From assembly GCA_016234855.1 (NCBI GenBank), contig JACRNO010000023.1, forward strand, positions 24,438-88,437: 64,000 nt of DNA, given 5' to 3'. Below are positions 1-10,333 of this stretch, one piece after another; the first letter of the stretch is position 1; every line of letters starts with the position of its first letter. Source of the DNA: Deltaproteobacteria bacterium (GTDB lineage: Bacteria; Desulfobacterota; GWC2-55-46). Both the position numbers and the translations under genes were made by a program. Below the pieces are notes generated by a model. It was not told the origin of the DNA, did not search any database, and saw only the letters and a program-made list of their open reading frames with translations.

Positions 1-2599
1 GCCGCTCGCTGTAAAATATCTTCTGACCGAAGATGTCCTTGACGTAGAATATATCCGCCGCATCCTCTCCCTTGGTTGCTATCTTTGCGATGTGGATATA
101 GAGGCCGAGTTCCATTATCGCGCTCGTTATGTCGTAGAGAAGGCCTATCCGGTTCTGCGTGTGAATGTCCAGGACGGTGTAAGTATCCGAGACCTCGTTA
201 TCTATGGCGACGTGCGTCGAAACCCTGGGCTTCGCCTTCTTGTCGAGGATGGATTCCTTGCGTCTGCCGGCAAGCTGAGCGACCTTGACCTTGCCCGTTA
301 CGACCTCGGAAAGATCATGCTCGATCTTTTTGAGCTTTATCTCGTCGGTTATGCGTTCTCCGACGGAATTCGTCACCTGAAGGACATCCAGGACGAGCCC
401 GTTCTTGAGCGTGTTTATCTGAGCGCCGAGTATGTCCACGGCGTTTGCCGTCATCACGCCCGTTATCATGGAGAAGAGCCCGTGAACGTCGTGCGTGCAG
501 ACAACGAGCTCCGTGTATTCCCTGTAGCTATCGTGGCGTATCGAGAGGCTATATGGTTTGGTGCCGAGCTCGGCGATAATCTGCATGTGTCCCGCTATCG
601 CCTCGGGCGAATTCGTAAGGAAGTATCTCTGCGGCAACAGGTTGAAGAATCCCCTGGCCCGCTGTTTTTCCATGCCGGCCGCGGAACTCAGGTTTATGAC
701 CTTTTCCTTGATTGTGGCAAGCCTGTATTCGACGTCCTCCGGCTCGAAGCTGCCGCGCTCAAGCACGGTAATGGCCTTGAAGTATAACTCCTGAAAGAGC
801 GCGCCCTTCCATTGATTCCAGACGTCCGGCCCGACGGCGCGCACGTCCGCGAAGGTGAGCAGATAGAGGAGGTTCAACCGTTCGATGTCGCCCACCTGTT
901 TTGCAAAATCTATGACGAGTTTTTCGTCGTGTATATCGCGGTACTGCGCGGTGTTGGCGAGGATTAGATGGTGTTTTACAAGAAACCTGACCAGATTGCC
1001 GTCCTCCTCGGAAAGGTGCAGCCTCCTGCATATCTCAGGCGTCATCTCCGCCCCGCGATCGGCGTGTCCCTTGCCGTGGGCCTTGCCGATATCGTGCAGC
1101 AGCACCGCAAGGGTGAGTATCTCCGGGTTCGGCACCTCCTCAAATATGGTCGACAGCAGCGAGAATGTGTTCTTGTGTTCGTCCCTCAATCGCTCAAGCT
1201 CTCTTACGGCAAAGAGCGTGTGCGCGTCAACGGTATAGATATGGTACAGGTCGTGCTGGACGCGGCAGGCAATCTCGCCGAACTCCGGTATGTACGCCTC
1301 AAGGAACCTCAGCCGGTTCATGTCAGACAAGGTCTTGTAGACGTTTGGGCCTTTGAGAATCTTGAGAAAGGCCGCGGCTGCGTCAGGCGAAGAGCGCCAA
1401 CCCTCTTTGGCGTTATCGGGATAGCTCATCACGAGATCGCGCAGCGTTTGGTCCATCTCCGCGCCAAAGGCCTGCGAGTAGACGAATGCGTTCATGCCGG
1501 CCGTTTCGTCCTTGAAAAAGTCGTCTTCGGCGCGGGCCTTGAGCGTGTCGTTGATTACGTGGAAGTTCTTGTCTATCCTGACCTTCTTTTTCGGCCAGAA
1601 GAGGCTCTTCTTCTCTTCGCGATGCAGGCACCGCGACTGAATGAGTCCGGACAGGCGGTTGACGTTCGACGCATGGCGGTAGTACTGCTGCATGAACGCC
1701 TCCACGGCCAGTATCCTTTCGGTGTTGACGTAACCCAGCACCGCCGCGATGCGTTCCTGGTGGTCGAAGGTCATCTGGTCGGTCTTGCGCTTGACGGCGA
1801 AGTGCAGCTCGTTCCTGACCCAGAGGAGATGGTCGAGCGAGGCCAGAAGCTCCGCGCTCTCGCCTTCCGAGGCAAGCCCTTCGGCCACCGCGGCCTTCAT
1901 GCCGTCGGAGCCGAACCGCGCCTTGACGATCCATTGGGCCGTATGGTAGTCGCGCAGCCCGCCCTCCCCTTCTTTTATGTTTGGTTCGAGCAGATAGACC
2001 GAGCCGCCGTACTTGGAATGTCTCAAACGCGTCTCTTCAATCTTGGCATTTACGAACTCCGTCGTCTCCTTTGCGCTGAAAAGTCTTGACCTTATCCTGT
2101 CGGTGAGTTTGCCGTAAAGATCGGTGTCCCCGTGCAAGAGGCGCGCATCGAGGAGGGTCGTGCGCGTCTTGATGTCTTCTTTTGCAAGCTCGATGGATTC
2201 GTCGATGGACCTTATGCTGAACCCTATGTCGAGCCCGGTGTCCCACAGGATATAGAGCATATCCTGTGTGAGTTGTTCTATCTCCGGGGTTATCTTCTTG
2301 GCGTAGACGAGCATCAGGTCCACGTCGCTGCGGATGTTCAGTTCCGAACGGCCATAGCCGCCGAGCGCGACGAGGGCCGTAGGCTCGGTGACATTGGCGC
2401 TCTCGGCCTTGAAGAGATAGAGCGCCTTCAAGAGTTCGTCGATGAGCGCCGCATACGAGGCGCATATCGGCGCGCCCGTCTTCTCGGCGCGGTGGCGTTC
2501 TTTGAGTTGGGCCTCGCCTTTGGCAAGGTACTCCCTTATGGAGTCCTTGAGGGATGCGCCGCTGCGAAGCGATTCCGCGAAGAGGGTCTTATATGGCAT
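1..2599 (-). CDS. glnD: [Protein-PII] uridylyltransferase/uridylyl-removing enzyme GlnD; 3' end lies beyond the window start
   Basis: Manual minus-strand translation from ATG at 2599 reads MPYKTLFAESLRSG...VALGGYGRSELNIRSDVDLMLVYAKK (GlnD-type nucleotidyltransferase motif). In the same frame around 1099-1160 it reads TIFEEVPNPEILTLAVLLHDIGKG (HD-domain motif). It is not in the ORF track because no stop occurs before position 1. The long plus-strand ORFs here (92-787, 968-2089, 2132-2629) are antisense shadows. Confidence 0.8.
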   Translation of the reverse strand, partial: MPYKTLFAESLRSGASLKDSIREYLAKGEAQLKERHRAEKTGAPICASYAALIDELLKALYLFKAESANVTEPTALVALGGYGRSELNIRSDVDLMLVYAKKITPEIEQLTQDMLYILWDTGLDIGFSIRSIDESIELAKEDIKTRTTLLDARLLHGDTDLYGKLTDRIRSRLFSAKETTEFVNAKIEETRLRHSKYGGSVYLLEPNIKEGEGGLRDYHTAQWIVKARFGSDGMKAAVAEGLASEGESAELLASLDHLLWVRNELHFAVKRKTDQMTFDHQERIAAVLGYVNTERILAVEAFMQQYYRHASNVNRLSGLIQSRCLHREEKKSLFWPKKKVRIDKNFHVINDTLKARAEDDFFKDETAGMNAFVYSQAFGAEMDQTLRDLVMSYPDNAKEGWRSSPDAAAAFLKILKGPNVYKTLSDMNRLRFLEAYIPEFGEIACRVQHDLYHIYTVDAHTLFAVRELERLRDEHKNTFSLLSTIFEEVPNPEILTLAVLLHDIGKAHGKGHADRGAEMTPEICRRLHLSEEDGNLVRFLVKHHLILANTAQYRDIHDEKLVIDFAKQVGDIERLNLLYLLTFADVRAVGPDVWNQWKGALFQELYFKAITVLERGSFEPEDVEYRLATIKEKVINLSSAAGMEKQRARGFFNLLPQRYFLTNSPEAIAGHMQIIAELGTKPYSLSIRHDSYREYTELVVCTHDVHGLFSMITGVMTANAVDILGAQINTLKNGLVLDVLQVTNSVGERITDEIKLKKIEHDLSEVVTGKVKVAQLAGRRKESILDKKAKPRVSTHVAIDNEVSDTYTVLDIHTQNRIGLLYDITSAIMELGLYIHIAKIATKGEDAADIFYVKDIFGQKIFYSER

Positions 2600-2679
2600 T
2601 GGGAGTCATTGGCACGGACGCGCGCTTAAGGCGCATCTCTATGCGTGGTTGGGTCTTGGAACCGTTTTTGTATGAAGGT

Positions 2680-3924
2680 TCAGACACGTTTGGAGCCTTT
2701 GAGGTATTCGATAATTCCGTTATATATGCCGTCGACGATTGTTTGCAGATACTTCTCGTCCTGAAGGCGTTTTTCTTCCGTTGGGTTGCTTATGAATGAC
2801 GCCTCGACGAGTATGCTCGGCATCTTCGTGCCGACCAGGACGTAGAACGGAGCGCCTTTCACGCCGTTGCTCTTGATGCCGCTGTATTTCCCGCTCAGGT
2901 TGGCGGCGAGGTTGTTGTTGACGGACGACGCAAGCTGCGACGAGTCGTTGGTCTTGGCCGTCTTTATGAGGTCGTTCAGGATGAATTCGAGGTCGCTTAC
3001 CGACCTTGTAGACGTCGAGTTTTCGCGCGCGGCAAGCCTGCGCGCCTCCTGGTCGTGAGAGATGTTCAGGATGTAGGTCTCTATGCCGGTGGCGGTCCGC
3101 TTCGGACTGGCGTTGATGTGTATGGAGACGAAGACGTCCGCGTCCTTGCTGTTGGCGATGGCCGTGCGCTCTTCGAGCGGGATGAATACGTCGGTATCCC
3201 TCGTCATTATGACCGAGCCGTCGAACGCCGTTTTGAGCTTCTCGCGCAGCATCTTCCCGAGCCTGAGCGTTACGTCTTTCTCCTTGAGTCCGTCCCTGCC
3301 GATTGCGCCGGGGTCTTTTCCGCCGTGGCCCGGGTCAAGGACGATTACCTTGACCTTAAGGCCGAGTTGCTGTGAGAGAGACGGCTCGGCCCCGGGTGCG
3401 GGAACGGGTTGCGGCTCAGGGGTCTTTTTGATGAGCAGTCCCTTTTCTCCGGTGACGTCGATAACTATCCTGTATGGTTCTTCGAGCGCGAATATCTTGT
3501 AGTCTTCGATGGACTCTATGTCGAGCACCACGCGCACGGTATCCTTGTCATACTGCCCGGCGCGCGCCCCCTTTAACAGCCCGTCGTTTATCGGTATCTT
3601 CTTCGGCAGGTTGGGGCCGAGGCGGGCCTTTGCGATATCTACGTACAGCCGCCTCCACCCTACGTTTATCGAAGGGTCTTTTTTGAGCAGCCTGTGCGTG
3701 TATTTCGTCTTTTTCCCTGTGGTGATGACTATCCGCGTATAGTTTGGGTTAGACCAGTGTTTGATCTCGTCAACCACTATCCCTGACGCCGCATGTGTTC
3801 TTGGAGCCGGGAGAGATAGAAAAACCGCGAGTGTCAGCAGCAATACGATGCCGACCCTCCTAAGCGTAAGGCGCAAGGACGGTCCGCCTGCTCTTGCGGA
3901 AATGATATTGTCGAGATGTGTCAA
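2680..3924 (-). CDS. amiC: N-acetylmuramoyl-L-alanine amidase (AMIN domain plus amidase_3 domain), secreted
   Basis: 414 aa with an N-terminal signal/TM segment. Reads ...KVIVLDPGHGGKDPGAIG...DVFVSIHINAS...GIETYIL..., typical of AmiC-type cell-wall amidases. Confidence 0.8.
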   Translation of the reverse strand: MTHLDNIISARAGGPSLRLTLRRVGIVLLLTLAVFLSLPAPRTHAASGIVVDEIKHWSNPNYTRIVITTGKKTKYTHRLLKKDPSINVGWRRLYVDIAKARLGPNLPKKIPINDGLLKGARAGQYDKDTVRVVLDIESIEDYKIFALEEPYRIVIDVTGEKGLLIKKTPEPQPVPAPGAEPSLSQQLGLKVKVIVLDPGHGGKDPGAIGRDGLKEKDVTLRLGKMLREKLKTAFDGSVIMTRDTDVFIPLEERTAIANSKDADVFVSIHINASPKRTATGIETYILNISHDQEARRLAARENSTSTRSVSDLEFILNDLIKTAKTNDSSQLASSVNNNLAANLSGKYSGIKSNGVKGAPFYVLVGTKMPSILVEASFISNPTEEKRLQDEKYLQTIVDGIYNGIIEYLKGSKRV

Positions 3925-4037
3925 TTGTTAAATCCATTGGCGCCGGGTAACGTCGGCGCGTTTATGTTATTCCGCCATATCCGCGTATGCGGCGTCCATG
4001 AACAAGGTGCGCGTTACGATAAGCCCAAGAGGCGGCC

Positions 4038-6752
4038 TCAGCCGTCCTCAGCCAGTTCCTTCATCCGCGCAAGCAGCTTGAGGGCATCGAGCGGGGTGGT
4101 GCTCTCCACGTCAATGTCCCTTAAAGCCTCGCGCAGTTCGTCAGGGCCGGTAAGGAGCGGCAACTGCCGCGGGATGTCCATTCTGCGGCCATGCCCGTGC
4201 CCCGACAGGCGCGGCAGTCCCGCCGAGTTCAGCTCGCCGGATTCAAGGGTCTTTAATATCTCTCTGGCCCTTGTGATGACCGTATCCGGTATGCCTGCAA
4301 GTCTGGCCACCGATATGCCGTAGCTGCGGGAAGCGCCGCCGGGCACGACCTTACGCAGGAATATGATGCGTCCCGCCCACTCCTTCACAGACATATTATA
4401 ATTTTTGACGCGCTCCTTTGTCAAGGAAAGCTCTGTCAGCTCGTGATAGTGCGTGGCGAATATCGTCTTCGGCCTGACGCCTGCCCTGTCGTGGAGGTGC
4501 TCGACCACGGCCCACGCGATGGACAGGCCGTCGAAGGTGGACGTGCCTCGGCCGATTTCGTCGAGTATGACGAGGCTTCGCGAGGTGGCGTTGTTGAGTA
4601 TGTTGGCCGTTTCGTTCATCTCGACCATGAAGGTCGAATGCCCCCGCGCAAGGTCGTCGGATGCGCCGACGCGCGTAAAGACCCTGTCCACGAGACCGAT
4701 GACGGCGCGGCCGGCCGGGACGAATGAGCCCATCTGGGCCATAATGACGATGAGGGCGCATTGTCTGAGATAGGTCGATTTGCCGGCCATGTTAGGCCCC
4801 GTGAGAATGATAATCTGGTCGGACGAGGCGTCAAGGCGCAGGTCGTTCGCGTTGAACGCGCCGTTGACGTTGTGCTCGACGACCGGGTGGCGTCCGGCCT
4901 CTATGACAATGGCGTCCCCGTTCTCGATGACCGGTCTCGAGTAGTTCATCTCCTCGGCCGTCTGCGCAAGGGAAACGATGGCGTCGAGCGTGGCAAGTTT
5001 GGCGGCGGCAGACTGAATCGAGTTTATGTGTTGCGCCAGCGAGTCAAGCACGCCGGTAAACAGCTCCGCCTCAAGGGCGAGCGCCCTCTCCTCCGCCGTC
5101 AAGACCTTCTCTTCCCACTCTTTAAGCCCGGGGGTGATGAAGCGCTCGGCGTTCACGAGCGTCTGTTTCCTCGTATAGTGGCCGGGCACGGACGCGCTGT
5201 TGGCCTTTGTAACCTCGATATAGTATCCGAAGACCCTGTTGTAGCCCACCTTGAGCGACCCTATGCCGGTGGCAACGCGCTCGGCCGCCTCTATGCGGGC
5301 GATGGACTCCTTGCCTCCCGACGATATCTCGCGCAACTCGTCGAGCGCCGCGTTATAACCGTACATGATGACCCCGCCGTCGCGCAAGGTAAAAGGCGGA
5401 GCCGGGTTTATGGAGCGCTCTATCAGCCCCACGGCATCCAGACACGGGTCAAGCTCGAGCGCGCACTCGCGCAGCAGGCGCGAGTTCACGGAGGCTGCCG
5501 CGGATTTTATCCGTGGTATCACGGCAAGGGATGACTTTAGCGAAACTATGTCGCGCGGACCTGCGCGACGCATGGCCACGCGCGCGATGAGCCGCTCGAT
5601 GTCGGAAATCTCTTGAAGAAGCCCCTGCGTCAGCTCCTTTTGCGACCGTTTGTCGAGGAGTTCGTCGATGGCGTCATGGCGTTCAACGATGCGCATGGCG
5701 TCCTTGAGGGGATGCAGGAGCCACGAGCGCAGCCTGCGAGCGCCCATTGGCGTGCGCGTCATGTCAATGACGTCGAGGAGCGTGCCGGTTCTGCCCCCGG
5801 TCGTCGTGTTCTCGGTGAGTTCGAGGTTCCTGCACGTTGAATGGTCCATTACGAGCGAGTCGTTTGTCATATACGGCGTGCACGGCCGTATGTGCGCGGC
5901 CTCGGATTTTTGCGTATCGCGCACGTAGGCCAGGAGTGCGCCTGCCGCGCTAATGCCCTCGCTCATTCCGGCAAGCCCGAATCCGTCGAGGGAGGCGATC
6001 TCATAGTGGCGAGTAAGTCGCTCAAGGCAGTTACGGTAATCGAAGTACCCGGCCGCCATAGCCGTTATCTTCTTTACGGGCGTGGCGCCGAGTTCAATCG
6101 ACGCGCCGGCCTCTTCGTTTATCACGACCTCGAGCGGGCGCAGGCGCCGTATCTCCTCGATGAGCATGGCTGCGTCGACAAGTTCGGTCACGCTGAACTC
6201 GCCGGTTGAGGCGTCCATGTAAGCGAAACCGCACCTGCGCGAGGCGACGTATGCGGATGCGATGAAGTTATTGGCCTTCGGCTCGAGGATATCGTCGTCA
6301 ATGGCCGTGCCCGGCGTTATGAGCCTCGCCACCGCCCTCTGGACGAGGCCCTTTGCGTCCTTCGGGTCAGTGACCTGCTCGCACAGGGCAACGCCGTAAC
6401 CGGCCTTTACGAGCTTTGCAATGTAAGCCGGGGCCGCGTGGTAAGGCACGCCGCACATGGGTATCTCGCGCTCCCTGTCGCGCGAGGTAAGGGCGATTCC
6501 CAGCAGGCGCGAGGCGAGTTGCGCATCCTCAAAGAACATCTCGTAGAAGTCGCCCATCCTGAAAAAGATGATGGCCTCAGGGTGCTCTGCCTTTATCTCC
6601 ATGTACTGACGCATGGCGGGCGTGAGGTTCCGCAAGTCGACGGTCGCGGGCTGCGCATCTTTGGCATGGGGCGCCGGGGTTTGCCGGTTATCTGGTGGAT
6701 TTGTGTCCATCATGTCCATTGGTTCTTCTTGTGCAGCGCAGAGTTTATACAA
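4038..6752 (-). CDS. mutS: DNA mismatch repair protein MutS
   Basis: 904 aa. Reads MRQYMEIKAEHPEAIIFFRMGDFYEMFFEDA and Walker A GPNMAGKSTYLRQ. The N-terminus has about 40 extra residues before the conserved MRQY region, so an internal start (MDMMD... near 6716) is possible. Confidence 0.95.
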   Translation of the reverse strand: MYKLCAAQEEPMDMMDTNPPDNRQTPAPHAKDAQPATVDLRNLTPAMRQYMEIKAEHPEAIIFFRMGDFYEMFFEDAQLASRLLGIALTSRDREREIPMCGVPYHAAPAYIAKLVKAGYGVALCEQVTDPKDAKGLVQRAVARLITPGTAIDDDILEPKANNFIASAYVASRRCGFAYMDASTGEFSVTELVDAAMLIEEIRRLRPLEVVINEEAGASIELGATPVKKITAMAAGYFDYRNCLERLTRHYEIASLDGFGLAGMSEGISAAGALLAYVRDTQKSEAAHIRPCTPYMTNDSLVMDHSTCRNLELTENTTTGGRTGTLLDVIDMTRTPMGARRLRSWLLHPLKDAMRIVERHDAIDELLDKRSQKELTQGLLQEISDIERLIARVAMRRAGPRDIVSLKSSLAVIPRIKSAAASVNSRLLRECALELDPCLDAVGLIERSINPAPPFTLRDGGVIMYGYNAALDELREISSGGKESIARIEAAERVATGIGSLKVGYNRVFGYYIEVTKANSASVPGHYTRKQTLVNAERFITPGLKEWEEKVLTAEERALALEAELFTGVLDSLAQHINSIQSAAAKLATLDAIVSLAQTAEEMNYSRPVIENGDAIVIEAGRHPVVEHNVNGAFNANDLRLDASSDQIIILTGPNMAGKSTYLRQCALIVIMAQMGSFVPAGRAVIGLVDRVFTRVGASDDLARGHSTFMVEMNETANILNNATSRSLVILDEIGRGTSTFDGLSIAWAVVEHLHDRAGVRPKTIFATHYHELTELSLTKERVKNYNMSVKEWAGRIIFLRKVVPGGASRSYGISVARLAGIPDTVITRAREILKTLESGELNSAGLPRLSGHGHGRRMDIPRQLPLLTGPDELREALRDIDVESTTPLDALKLLARMKELAEDG

Positions 6753-6832
6753 TGCCGTTATGCGGTGTCATGGCTCCCCTGCCCGGTAGTAATAGGCGCA
6801 GACAGGTTGATACGCGTTACCGGATGAAATCG

Positions 6833-9070
6833 TTATGCTGACCAGTTCTCTTCTTCAAAACTCTCCGGCGGGACGTTGATAATCAAAAGCCCCTTGACAG
6901 GCCAGCGCTCCGGGCCTCTGTTGCGCGCCTCTATGGTCACAAAGCCCCTGACCTCATCTCCCGGCCTTGCGCCTATGGAGGCAAGGTCGATCTTCAGTTC
7001 CACGACGCTGTCCGAGGCCGCCTTTGGTTGCGTTGCCGAGGCCGTCCATTTGCCGTTGTCCGGGTCTTTTTCAAGGAGGACGGCCTTTGACGACTTGCCG
7101 AGTACCTCGCCGTTCAGCAGCAACATTTTTGGCGCGCGGATGTTCAGGGAAAAAGACCACTCCCGCGCCTCCTCCCCGACGTCCTTTGCATAATCAAACC
7201 TGAAGTAGAGGGCGTCTTGCGAGAAACCGTAGACAAGGGCCTGGATAAAACCGCTGGAAGGCATATCGCGGTGCATCGAACTGCCGAAGTTCTTCTGTTC
7301 GAAGCGTCCGGCGGCAAGCCACTCGAAGTAGTTGGTTATCTCGCCGTCCAATACAGGATGGATGTAGGCGGCTGGCAGGACGGCCGGGTGCATGCCCCTG
7401 ACCTCGGAGATTATCGGGATATCGAGTTGGTCAGGCGGCTCCTGGCCGATGAGGGAGTATATCTTCTTCAGGTGATTGCGAAAGAGCGTATCGAAGTGCT
7501 CGTCGCAAAGCGAAGAATGCTCGTCTCCATACCACCAGAACCAGTCGCTCCCCTCGGCGATATATATCTCCTCCCATGCGGCCGCTATATCCGCCGCCAG
7601 TGCCTCGCGTTCGGCCTGGCCGGTCTGCTTATCCTCGAATTTCACAAGGGCGTCGCGCGCATCGGCGATATAGTCCCATGCGGTATTGTCCTCATTATGG
7701 CCTATCCATATCTTGAAGTTGTGGCTTATCCATGAACCAGGGTATATCCATTGGAGCCGCTCCGCGCGCTGCGCGGCCGAGAGGAACTCGCTGACCGCTG
7801 TGCAGCGAAGACGCGGGTGCGCCGTGAGCTTTGCGTAGAGCGCGGTGAGAAAATCCCAGCCGTCGTTCCTGAAGTTCTCCCATGCGTTCTCGCCGTCAAG
7901 TATGATATTTACGATATGCTCGTCAGGTGAGTCTATCGTGCGCGCAATCCAGTCGAGCCTGTTTACGAGGTCGCTGGCCGCGCCCTCCGGGTCCATCTTC
8001 GCGTAGTCGAAGCCGATGAGGTCTGAGAGCAGATGGTCCCTGAAGACGACCGAGACGGGGGTTGCTGCCTGAGCGGCGGATGCAATCGAGTATGGCTTGT
8101 ACAGGAACGGGTCCTGGCAGTTGCCGAAGGCGTCCCTGCGAATGGGCCGCTTGAGCGTATTTGAGAGGATTTCCTCATCCGTTGCAATCCATTGTATGCC
8201 CTCGGAGGCCACGAGCGGGATGATATCCATGGAGACTGAGCCCTCGGACGGCCACATACCCCGCGGGTCCCTTCCGAAGCTTTCGCGGTAGAGCGCGACG
8301 GCCTTTTTGACCTGTGCGGCGGCGTCTTCAGGATGCGCGAATCGCGCCTTGGGAAGCGTCATGCCCGGCATGGCCTCCTTTGCGCAATGACTGTCGCACA
8401 ATAGGGGCATTATCGGGTGATAGAACGGGGTGGTAGTGACCTCTATGCTTCCGCGCTCCTGCATCTCCTTGTATCGGGGCAGTATCTTTCCGATTATCTC
8501 TATCTGCTTTTTCAGGAGGAGCGCCTTGTCGTCCTCGGTGTAACCCCTGCCCTTGTCTACGAGCGCGCTTAATCCCTTGTCAGCGGCGCGTATCACAGGG
8601 TCTATCCACGCCAGGTTGAAAAGCACCTGAAGGTCGAGATAGTCCTGCTCGACGAAGTAACGCACGACGGCGCGAACGTCATCCCCGCCGTTCACCTGCC
8701 CACGTTTGCGTGCAAGGTCGAGATAGCGCGGAAACGGGCGTATCATGTTCTCCCAGTTGGCCTGAAAGAAATTGCGGATAAGGAAGGCCTTCTCTTCGGC
8801 GGAGAGCATGGAGGCCTGCACGGCCGTAATCGTCCTGTAGCGGTCGATTGCGCGGCCGGAGGAGTAATCGTTGAGTTGAGCGATAAGGGACGGAACGAGG
8901 TTGAAGGTCTGGTGAATCTCTGGAAAACCGTCCAGTATGGAGGCCATGTCATAGTAGTCTTTCGTGCCGTGATACAGGACCCAGGGCATGATGTACTCGC
9001 CGTTGAGCGGGTCTTTATATAGCGGCTGGTGCATGTGCCACATGAACGCTATGTTCAATTGTTTATTCAT
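6833..9070 (-). CDS. Glycoside hydrolase family 57 protein (alpha-amylase/4-alpha-glucanotransferase/branching-enzyme-like) with C-terminal extension
   Basis: 745 aa. N-terminus MNKQLNIAFMWHMHQPLYKDP...GFPEIHQTFNLVPSL is characteristic of the GH57 catalytic domain. Confidence 0.75.
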   Translation of the reverse strand: MNKQLNIAFMWHMHQPLYKDPLNGEYIMPWVLYHGTKDYYDMASILDGFPEIHQTFNLVPSLIAQLNDYSSGRAIDRYRTITAVQASMLSAEEKAFLIRNFFQANWENMIRPFPRYLDLARKRGQVNGGDDVRAVVRYFVEQDYLDLQVLFNLAWIDPVIRAADKGLSALVDKGRGYTEDDKALLLKKQIEIIGKILPRYKEMQERGSIEVTTTPFYHPIMPLLCDSHCAKEAMPGMTLPKARFAHPEDAAAQVKKAVALYRESFGRDPRGMWPSEGSVSMDIIPLVASEGIQWIATDEEILSNTLKRPIRRDAFGNCQDPFLYKPYSIASAAQAATPVSVVFRDHLLSDLIGFDYAKMDPEGAASDLVNRLDWIARTIDSPDEHIVNIILDGENAWENFRNDGWDFLTALYAKLTAHPRLRCTAVSEFLSAAQRAERLQWIYPGSWISHNFKIWIGHNEDNTAWDYIADARDALVKFEDKQTGQAEREALAADIAAAWEEIYIAEGSDWFWWYGDEHSSLCDEHFDTLFRNHLKKIYSLIGQEPPDQLDIPIISEVRGMHPAVLPAAYIHPVLDGEITNYFEWLAAGRFEQKNFGSSMHRDMPSSGFIQALVYGFSQDALYFRFDYAKDVGEEAREWSFSLNIRAPKMLLLNGEVLGKSSKAVLLEKDPDNGKWTASATQPKAASDSVVELKIDLASIGARPGDEVRGFVTIEARNRGPERWPVKGLLIINVPPESFEEENWSA

Positions 9071-9091
9071 GGATAGACGCGATTGGCGGGT

Positions 9092-10333
9092 CTACGGCGC
9101 GGAAGGCGCATAGACGCGGACGGAACCCTTGTCAGCCACAACGGCGGCGTAACCGTAGGCAGCGCCGGCGCGCGCCGTAAGCGTGGACTTGAGCTCTTCG
9201 CTCCAGAGCGCCTCTCCGCTCGAGAGTCTTACGGCCTCGATGTGCCCCATCGACTTCTCAAAGTAAGAGATGTCCCACAGGGCTTTTTTAAAGTTGGATA
9301 GTATGAAGAGGTGGTCTCCGGCCGCGATGATGCTTGAAATCGGCTTGTGCGTAAGCTCTTTTTTCCATAGTATCGCGCCGCTGCGCATGTCGACGGCCAC
9401 GACGTAATCGCTCCCGGCGGCCACGAGCGTGCGGTCACCGACGATGACGAAGTCGTATGCGGCTATCGCGTCATAGGCCGCCATAGTCTTTCCGGTCGCG
9501 CCGTCGAGGGCAACCACGGCGTTTTTTCCGTCTATGACATAGACCTTGCCGTCATGGACAAGCGGCACTCTCCGCGTGGCAAGGGCGGTGTCGAAGTCGG
9601 GCGCCGTCTTCACAGCCCACAACTCCTTGCCTGTCTCGGCTGAAAGCGCCACCACGTAGCCGTCGGAGAATAATTGATATAACTTGCCGTCATAAAAGGC
9701 CGATGAGCCCGGGACCCTCGGCGCGACCGTCTGATACGTGCCGCGGTTGTAGACCCAGAGTTTTTCGCCGTTATTCAGCGAGAGCGCATAGAGGCGGTCG
9801 TCGGACGAGGTGAACCAGACGCGTCCGTCTCTGATAAGCGGCGAAGAGACGATGCCGGACTTCGTCTGAAAGCGCCACGCTTCAATCCCGGTAGCCGCGT
9901 CAAGGCACCGGAATACTCCGTTGGCCGAGCCGAAACAGACGCGGCCGTCACCTGTTGAAACGGTGCCCTCTACCGGATAATCCGCGTCAAAGCTCCATCT
10001 TACGCTGCCCGTGGCAAGCTCTATGGCATATACGTCGCCCGCGTCCGAACCCGTGTATAAGACGCCGTCGCTGATTACGGGAGACGACGATTCCTGGGGT
10101 TCGTACCTGTTTATGAACCTGAACGCGGAGATATCTTTTGTCCAGGCCTTTTCAAGCGGCAGCGCTATCGCGTCAGGTGAGACGTTGGAGCGTGTCTCGC
10201 CCTGAAACTGCGTTGACCACGCTGAATATTGCCTTGTTGGCGGCGGTGTTGCCGCGCATCCGGCGATAACAGACGCAACCGACAGGACGAGCGCGGCCTT
10301 AGCGAGCCGGCTTTCCAAGCAGAGCTTTGGCAT
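9092..10333 (-). CDS. PQQ-like beta-propeller repeat lipoprotein (BamB-like)
   Basis: The ORF is open to 10426, but a lipoprotein signal MPKLCLESRLAKAALVLSVASVIAGC (lipobox IAGC) begins at 10333. Repeated ...DG.VY....G.L.A.D..TG...W... blades are typical of PQQ/BamB propellers. Confidence 0.65.
   Translation of the reverse strand: MPKLCLESRLAKAALVLSVASVIAGCAATPPPTRQYSAWSTQFQGETRSNVSPDAIALPLEKAWTKDISAFRFINRYEPQESSSPVISDGVLYTGSDAGDVYAIELATGSVRWSFDADYPVEGTVSTGDGRVCFGSANGVFRCLDAATGIEAWRFQTKSGIVSSPLIRDGRVWFTSSDDRLYALSLNNGEKLWVYNRGTYQTVAPRVPGSSAFYDGKLYQLFSDGYVVALSAETGKELWAVKTAPDFDTALATRRVPLVHDGKVYVIDGKNAVVALDGATGKTMAAYDAIAAYDFVIVGDRTLVAAGSDYVVAVDMRSGAILWKKELTHKPISSIIAAGDHLFILSNFKKALWDISYFEKSMGHIEAVRLSSGEALWSEELKSTLTARAGAAYGYAAVVADKGSVRVYAPSAP

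Noticed and set aside
92-2629. Long plus-strand ORFs (92-787, 968-2089, 2132-2629) that could be read as genes.
   Set aside because: They are Arg/Leu/Val-rich antisense shadows of the minus-strand glnD gene, whose NTase and HD motifs were found by manual translation.
4761-5534. 257-aa plus-strand ORF inside mutS.
   Set aside because: Antisense to the well-supported mutS. Composition is typical of shadow ORFs.
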